A stretch of DNA of 57,724 nucleotides, counting the filler, from Sphacelaria rigidula (Eukaryota): the NCBI GenBank assembly GCA_964200075.2. It is 3 parts of 3 records of this genome, joined end to end, with 100 filler letters (N's around TTAATTAATTAA, not from the genome) between each part and the next. Parts side by side here need not be neighbours in the genome. Positions count along the whole stretch, not along the records: positions 38,555 to 57,724 come from CAXNAA020000720.1; 2 more parts are not named here. One strand, written 5' to 3'. The notes beneath the pieces are model-generated. The model did no database searches. It had not been told where the DNA came from and worked only from the letters and a program-made list of their open reading frames with translations. The translations under genes and the position numbers were made by a program. Shown piece after piece: positions 51,601 through 57,724 of the stretch. The stretch's first letter is position 1; every line of letters starts with the position of its first letter.

Positions 51601-54600
51601 TTAGCAAGGTCGGGGAGGCCAACGCCACCGAAGCAGGCGCGGGCTTACCGGCCGTGGACCTTTCCTTGGTTGCCAAGCCTGCGAACGGAAAGAAAGAAGT
51701 GCTGACAGCGGAACAGAAACTTCAAAAGCAGGCGGCAAGGTGAGGGTGGATTGACGAACACTCGCGAGTCGTCGCCGGTTGCTCTTTGTGTCTTTCGAAA
51801 TAGTATGTCGGTGATGAATGAACAGATCTTGTAGCGGGTACGAGCTGGTGAAGGCGACAAGAAAAAACATTCTATTTGCTTTTTTTTGCCGGTACCTGAG
51901 AATTACGCTCATATAGAGTTGGTCACGTGTACTTTGTGACCGCTGCCCGTTCCCTCGGTGATGTTTAATTTGCGACGAGCAATCACTCAGCCAAGCAGTG
52001 CAAATGTATTCTCGGTACAATTCATGTATTTGGGATGAAGGTGTACCCGATTTTTTCCGAGTGTGATGTGTGCTGGTTAATGACCGCCGGATGGAATGGT
52101 GGCAAGAAAGCTTACGATACCGCACGGGTCGAACGTTGAGATTTCATGCTATACCCTGGCATGGTATACATACGTGTACATAATTTGTGTTGACTTTAGA
52201 TTGAGGGTGTAAAAGTGGTGACCAGCTACCTTTTGTTTTCATGGCGGCTTTGCTCGAATTCGTGGATAGCGAGAGGTTTCGGCAGGGTGCAACGGATACG
52301 ATACCCTCTCCGCCACCTGCAACGCGTGTGATTGTGCCTCCCGCTTCCTATCCATATCATGGGTGGTTATTCCTGGCGACTAATTTTTTTTCTTGTATTT
52401 CTGTTACTTCAATGTTTAGTCTACATTTTCGATGTAATTTGTCCACGCCCAGGTTCTTTCCTTTTACCGTGTATTGGCGATTGCAGCATTCCTGTGAGTT
52501 CACCATCAGTGTTGTCGGTACACGCTCATGAACTCGTTATGTTTTGTTGCTTGTAGAGTGGCTGCATCCAAGAAAGCGGCGGCGGCGATCGCTGTCGCCT
52601 CTAAGGAGGAGGAGAAGCGCCGCCAGGAATTGCTCGACGCAGAGAAGGAGCGTCTGCAGGTGATGAACGAGAACCAGAGCGCAGTTTGAACTGGATTTTT
52701 GTCTCCCAGTCCATCGTACACAAAAGTTCTTGGGAAAAGATTACCGTCAAATACATGGATGTACATCACGTCTAAAAGATGTTATCGCTGCCCGATCAGC
52801 CATCATGTCGGCACGTACTTTCACTGTGTGTGATATCATGCAGTACTTCACTCTTTATTCTCGACCTGGGTATCACCCACGGTACCTCTCAACACACGCA
52901 GGAACTCGAGGAGGAGGCAGCTTTAGCGGCGGCAACGGCTAGCAGTCCTCCGACCACTGCCGCCACCACTAGCGCTACTACTGGTGCCTCTTTCACTCCC
53001 AGCACTCCTGCTAACGCTACCCTCACCCCTGCCGCTCCTGCTAGCGCTACGGCTACCTCTACTGTCGGCGCTGCCGCTACCGCCTCCAGTCCAGCTTCTG
53101 CAGCCGCCTCGTCGCCGAGATTCGAGAAGCCCGCCGCCTTGACATCGGCAGCCAGGGCGGCGTCTCCTCCTCCCGCTGTCTCCGTGTCCTCCGCGGGATC
53201 ATCAACCAGGTCGTCCACGGTGGCTTCCCCGACCCCCCCGCTTACCGCTGCTCAAGCACAAGAGAAGGTCAAGATGGAGGCTGTCGCTAGGGCCAAAGCT
53301 GCGATTGCCGCCGTGGAGAAGCTCACAGGGCTCAAGGCTCCGGCCAACGCTATACCAGGGTTTAGGTCGCCTACGGCGAGCGAGGGCGGGGTTAGCCCTC
53401 GTGCGCAGCAGCGGGAGGCGGGGCGGAAGAGCATGGCCGGCAACGGATATGCCAGTCCAACCGGCGGTGGCGATCGTTTTTCGTCCCCCGAGAGTAACGG
53501 TACCGCTGTGCGTCCGTCCAGTGAGCGCGACACGCGTGGCAGCGTGAACAGCAATGGCGGTAGTGCGACCGCCCGCTGGTCGATAGCCGGATCGGGTTCA
53601 CCGGACCCGACCGTCGCCCTGTCGCAGATCAGTGGGCTCAAGTCTGCGGCGGCCTACGCCAACGGAGTCGCGAACGCTGGGCGCACTGGGGCGGTGCCAG
53701 GGTCTGCAGCGGCGGTGCCGGGAGCTGGAACTAAAGAGAGCGTGGAGCGGGCTAAACAGATTGCCAGCGAACGAAAAGAGGAGGCGCTTGCGGCGCTGGA
53801 AGCTGCAAAGGCTGCTGCAGCTCGCGAGGACGAAGAGTGGAAGAAGAAGGTTGCGAAGGTTAGAGCGTTTCTGTTATTTTTTTTTCCATCTTGCTGGGTT
53901 TTTTCGGGTCCTTTTTTAAATTTTCGTGGCGCTCTTTTGGGTTGGCGAGAGTTGGGACAAAATAATGTGCTTTTTGCTTTTGATGGTGTTACGTGAGTGC
54001 ACCAGGTTGATTTGCGTTGCAGGGTGCCCAATACAGCCTCCAACGCGTAGGGGGCAAGGAGGCACACCTCGACGTTAACTGGCCAACAGCCTCAACCCCC
54101 CTTCTCCTCAATACACGCACGTCGCCTGTTCACACACACTTACACATCTGCCACTGCACCCCCATGCTTCACCTCCCCCCCCCCTACCGGAAACTGATGA
54201 TCGAATAGCTATCCCCGGACGGGAGCGCGTTCACCGCGAGGCAGAGCTCCGGCGACAGCATCGTGAGTGGTGGTAGCGGCAGCGTCAACTCCACCCCGGC
54301 AGACCTGAGAAAGTCGACGAAGTCCGTGAGCGTGCGCGCGTTTGCCCTGCGCCTCGAAGAAGAGGAAAAGAAACGCTCCGAGCTCGCCGTCAAGACTTCT
54401 CCTCGAAGCGCAAGCAGCGGTAGCGGCCGATCGCCGATGGGGTTCAGCAACGGCGGGGATGCGGCTGGTGACGACGGAGGTAAACCGGAGGTGTATCGCT
54501 GGTCGCTGAAGGGCAAGAAGTCCGCGAGAGGCTGGGGAAGATCCGGATCTTCCAGCTCCATTAAGGTAAGGCCGTCGGACGGACTGTCGTCAAGCGAGGA

Positions 54601-56117
54601 CGGGGGCAGTCCGCGAGTCGGCTGGAATGATGGGGGCGGAGTTAGTTCGGTAGATACTTCGCCGTCGGTGAACGTGTCCGGCAGGAAACGAGTCCCGGGT
54701 AAAGATGCGTGGGGGAATGGGTCGGCGCTGTCGGAAGACGGGGAGGATGCGGGGGCGAGCCGCAGCGGTGGGGGAACTGGTAGTAATGCCGGATCGATCG
54801 CGAGCTCCGTGGTAAGCAACGATGACTACGTGTCCACTCTTAGAATGCCCAAGAGAAGCTCGTCGCAAGGTACGGGTGGCGCGGCCGGCGGCGGCGATCG
54901 CGACGGCGAAAACGAAACGAAATACGAAAAAGACGAGGGTGCGGGCCAGCAGACGGTGTTCGAATCTTCGGACGATGAGGAGTCGTCCGCTGAGAAGGAA
55001 GAGAAGGTGTCCGTATATGTCTTCATATCTCATTGTATGTAGGTGGCGATGTCTCGACTGTCATTTGTTCAATTTGTACTTTCGTGTACGTGTAGATGTT
55101 TTTGGTGCCACGTTTCTTCGAAAAGTAGTCCTGAGCTTGGAAGTGAGACTGCTACACAACTAAAGATATCACGATTGGACGCGAGGTTCTCCTCCGCCGA
55201 AGTCGTGCTTGCTCTGCTGATGGGCAAATATTCAGCGGAGTTGAAGCATGACGAAGGAGGGGGACATCTGTTGTCCCTCTAGAGTTCCTCTGTTGAGCAA
55301 TAAACGCTCTAACATGTATCCCCCCCCCTTTTTTTTCCTTCTTCTCAAATTCGTCCGATTGTGGCCAGACCATGACGGAAGGTAGCGATGGCATGGGTCC
55401 GTGGCGGTCGCCTGAACGTGCGCCCGAGAACACCTGGGGAAAGTCGAAGAAGGGGGCCTCCCGCTCAGGGGTCACCCGCTCGGCGAGCTTTGGGGGAAAG
55501 AATGCGCATGACCTCGAAAATCCGTGGGCAACGTGCGTAGTCGGCGTGAACGATGTCTTGACTGTTGATGCTGTGTTGACCACGTTTATGCCGTGGAGGC
55601 GTTTCCGCGGAGATACCGAGATGTCATTCATGTCTAGTGTACATTTATACATGTATCCTATCTCCGATATTGTCCGTTTCGTCGGAGAAATCAACCATTA
55701 CGAATGATTGGTTACGTTTCTTCAAAATATGTATGTACTTCAGAGGATGAGTTTGCGTGGCTGTGTTTTTTTTTTTCCCTCCCGCATGCAGGCACCGTGC
55801 GCCTAGATCTGATCGCGGGTTTTCGGGTGGTCATTTTCTCCTACTGATGGTGGAAACACGAGGATGACAAAACAGTGAGCGCGAATTATTCCGAAACTTT
55901 CCAGTTTTTTCCCTCTCATCGTGGCCCATGTTTCTTGTTGATACGTGCAGCGGCGGGCGCAGGGGTATCACGAAGCGAAGAAGTCTCGAGGAGGGCTTCG
56001 AATCTGCCGCAGGTTTGACTTGGACAAGCGTCGGTACCGGCGTCGAAGGTATCCCCGAGGAGGTGCCGGTCGGGCCGGTGATCAAAGAAGCTATGATGTT
56101 CAAAGACGAGGCGCCCA

Positions 56118-56153
<36 letters not shown>

Positions 56154-57144
56154 GTGTTGATTTTCTGTATGTGTATGTCCGCATTCACTCGCGCCCCAGT
56201 ATGATGAAAATTCGGAACAATTTGATGCGACTTTCGAGTGTCTATGGTGAACTCGCCGTGGACTGGACGTCTTGTGTCGGGGCGCAAGAAATTGAAGAGA
56301 CTGTCGGATTTCGGAACAGTTTTATGACCAAAAAAAGTGGTAACTTTGACCGTCTCCACGAACCTTTTTCTATGAACCCGCAAAAAGTTCAGCGGAGCCA
56401 ACTACTAGTGACGGAGGGGGGTGATGGAGCGTAGGGGGTCTCTGAAGGTTATCCCGCTCCGTTGTTTTGGATAATGACAAACCCGCGAAGACGAAATTAT
56501 ACTAAAATTCATGTACGATCGCGGGAACAGGGTCGATTTCTTTCATCTTTCCAGCAGCCGCTCCATGCAGACTGGCGTCCGAGGCAACAATTGTTCCATT
56601 TCGTTAGTTCTCTCCGCCAAGTGGGGAAAGCGTACGCCATTCGTTCGATGAATGTCATGAGTGGTGTTTCCGAAGATATGTATCTACGCTATGTGCACGC
56701 TTCCATGGAAAACCGGCCGCATATTTATCCCAAATCTTTTCCTTCTCTTTTTTGCACACCTTAACTTACCTTTTTTCCATGATATCTGTCTATACCTCTC
56801 ATATGCATACGCTATTGTACCATCTGTATTCACCCTCTTGTCTTGGGGGGAACCTTTTTTTTCAACAGCACTCCGTCGGGCTGAACTACATGGCCGAGCA
56901 AGGCGATGACTCGTCGAGGAAACCAGGCAATATCCCACGCTGGAAGCCGCACTCCTTCAGGCTGTACCCTGGCCGACTCATGAAGCGCGCCATGCGCCGA
57001 GAGCGCATCAAACCCGGGAACGGTAGCGGTAGCGACAAGGACAAAGCCTCGAGCCCCGGGTCGCTGGGCGTGATGGAGCTCACGGAGTCTACCTTGACGT
57101 CTTACACCAACACCAAGAACTGCTTCTGCGTGCGCACTGGCGAT
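39021..57144 (+). CDS. Myosin heavy chain, partial (C-terminal half of motor, helical/low-complexity tail, PH domain), multi-exon
   Basis: Phase-consistent exons: 39021-39142, 39377-39500, [40824-41201], 43422-43547, 43856-43960, 44676-44818, 46631-46820, 47298-47477, 48343-48531, 49067-49188, 50045-50216, 50967-51139, 51548-51739, 52557-52659, 52902-53858, 54209-55006, 55369-55532, 55951-56119, 56869-57144. Motor motifs: VFENELRVYEEEGI, GVLPILDDVC, FWVNHYAAKVLYTVDGWVERNMD, FVRCVKPN, EQLRCLGVLRTCEVLKIGMPTR and LGTKRVFFRAG. Confidence 0.9.
40126..40550. repeat. Four ~100-125 bp spaced repeats with palindromic core
   Basis: Core GGGCAAGTGGCAC-N7-11-TGCCCTTCC(A/G)AATCCTC at ~40136, 40266, 40365 and 40487. 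Confidence 0.8.
40824..41201 (+). CDS. Putative in-frame SPR-rich exon within myosin motor domain
   Basis: Acceptor aatttttag|TTC, 126 open codons, donor CAG|gtatta. Phase 0/0 and GC-rich like the other exons. Confidence 0.6.
42520..42680 (+). mobile_element. Solo or truncated end related to the CACCCTGGAC hAT-like family
   Basis: cgcaccctggacaaaatac followed by AT-rich TATA motifs. No partner TIR was found. Confidence 0.45.
45265..45470 (+). mobile_element. tRNA-derived SINE-like element (family B)
   Basis: gccccggTGGCTCAGTTGGtagc is an A box and tRNA D-arm. The B box is degenerate (ggttcgcgatc), followed by a non-tRNA body and an A-rich end. Confidence 0.55.
45601..45660. repeat. (CA)n microsatellite
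   Basis: Direct observation. Similar tracts lie at 36098-36130 and 56120-56156. Confidence 0.95.
45860..46185 (-). mobile_element. tRNA-derived SINE-like repeat family A (longest copy)
   Basis: The minus strand has B box GGTTCGATTCCC (gggaatcgaacc at 46107-46118 on +). Homologous to 1-92 and 35360-35550. Confidence 0.7.
52902..53858 (+). CDS. Myosin tail exon, Ala/Ser/Thr/Pro-rich with short charged helices
   Basis: Acceptor acgcag|GAA and donor AAG|gttaga. Within ORF 52779..53996. Confidence 0.8.
54209..55006 (+). CDS. Myosin tail exon, Ser/Gly-rich disordered
   Basis: Acceptor gaatag|CTA and donor AAG|gtgtcc. Same frame as ORF 54263..55042. Confidence 0.78.
56869..57144 (+). CDS. Myosin tail exon encoding most of a PH domain
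   Basis: YMAEQG...RWKPHSFRLYPGRL...LGVMELTESTLTSYTNTKNCFCVRT follows the PH beta1-beta6 pattern. Acceptor ttcaacag| and donor GAT|gtgaga. Confidence 0.7.
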
Positions 57145-57724
57145 GTGAGAGTGAATCTGAATGAAGACTGGTGTGATGTGTAATGTTATTTCCCCCAAGG
57201 GTGGTAGTTGGGGCATGGTCATTTGTGTGACTATGCTGGTGTAGTGATGCCGCACCACAATGACTCCTCGAACGCCAAAGAATTTTTGGTCTGACAACCT
57301 GATCCGACAGTCTCGCTGACATTTTGGAGTATGGTTATTGTATGCGTTCATTGGCCCTTCGTGACATCTTTGCGCTTAATCACGCAAAAGTACAGCCTTG
57401 AAACGGCGCCTGCGTCTCCGATTCGGACGAGAAGAGGTTTTCGCCACGCTAGAAGCACTCGGGCCTGTCAACCCAACCAAAGATCTCAATATCGGTGTTG
57501 ACATCAATTTGAGTTGAATACTCCGCGAAGGTTGTATCACAAGCTTGAAATTCCTGTCGCCAGACCTCCTGTTTCCATGTGAACGTCACAAGGGTCGGAC
57601 AAATAATGATTCGTCTGTAAATAACTTGGTTTTAGCATAATGAGTCGACTCGTGACGAATCAATCCCTAAACTTTATTTCAGCGTTGCAACCCACGGACA
57701 CGCAGCCCAGACACGTGGAATGGC

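Overview
This is eukaryotic, intron-rich, GC-rich-exon genomic DNA, most consistent with a brown alga (Ectocarpus-like; inferred). It is a scaffold with two 100-nt gap blocks carrying an artificial TTAATTAATTAA linker (19181-19280 and 38455-38554). Three partial + strand genes can be rebuilt from phase-consistent GT-AG exons. (1) A VPS13-family lipid-transfer protein (VAB/SHR-binding region, 332-18071), in which one VAB repeat is interrupted by two tandem copies of an unexplained ~130-150 aa module. (2) Two exons of an INSIG-like membrane protein (36273-38104). (3) A myosin heavy chain (39021-57144+) with the C-terminal half of the motor, no evident IQ motif, a helical and low-complexity tail, and a PH domain. 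It includes a possible 126-aa SPR-repeat cassette exon inside the motor. Introns and the 19-36 kb interval are rich in mobile DNA. These include two copies of a non-autonomous hAT-like element with perfect 8-bp TSDs; one copy hosts a Helitron and a Stowaway-like MITE side by side, and the other shows the empty site. There are also further MITEs, two tRNA-derived SINE families, RTE-like LINE 3' ends, a possible Academ-like relic and simple repeats.
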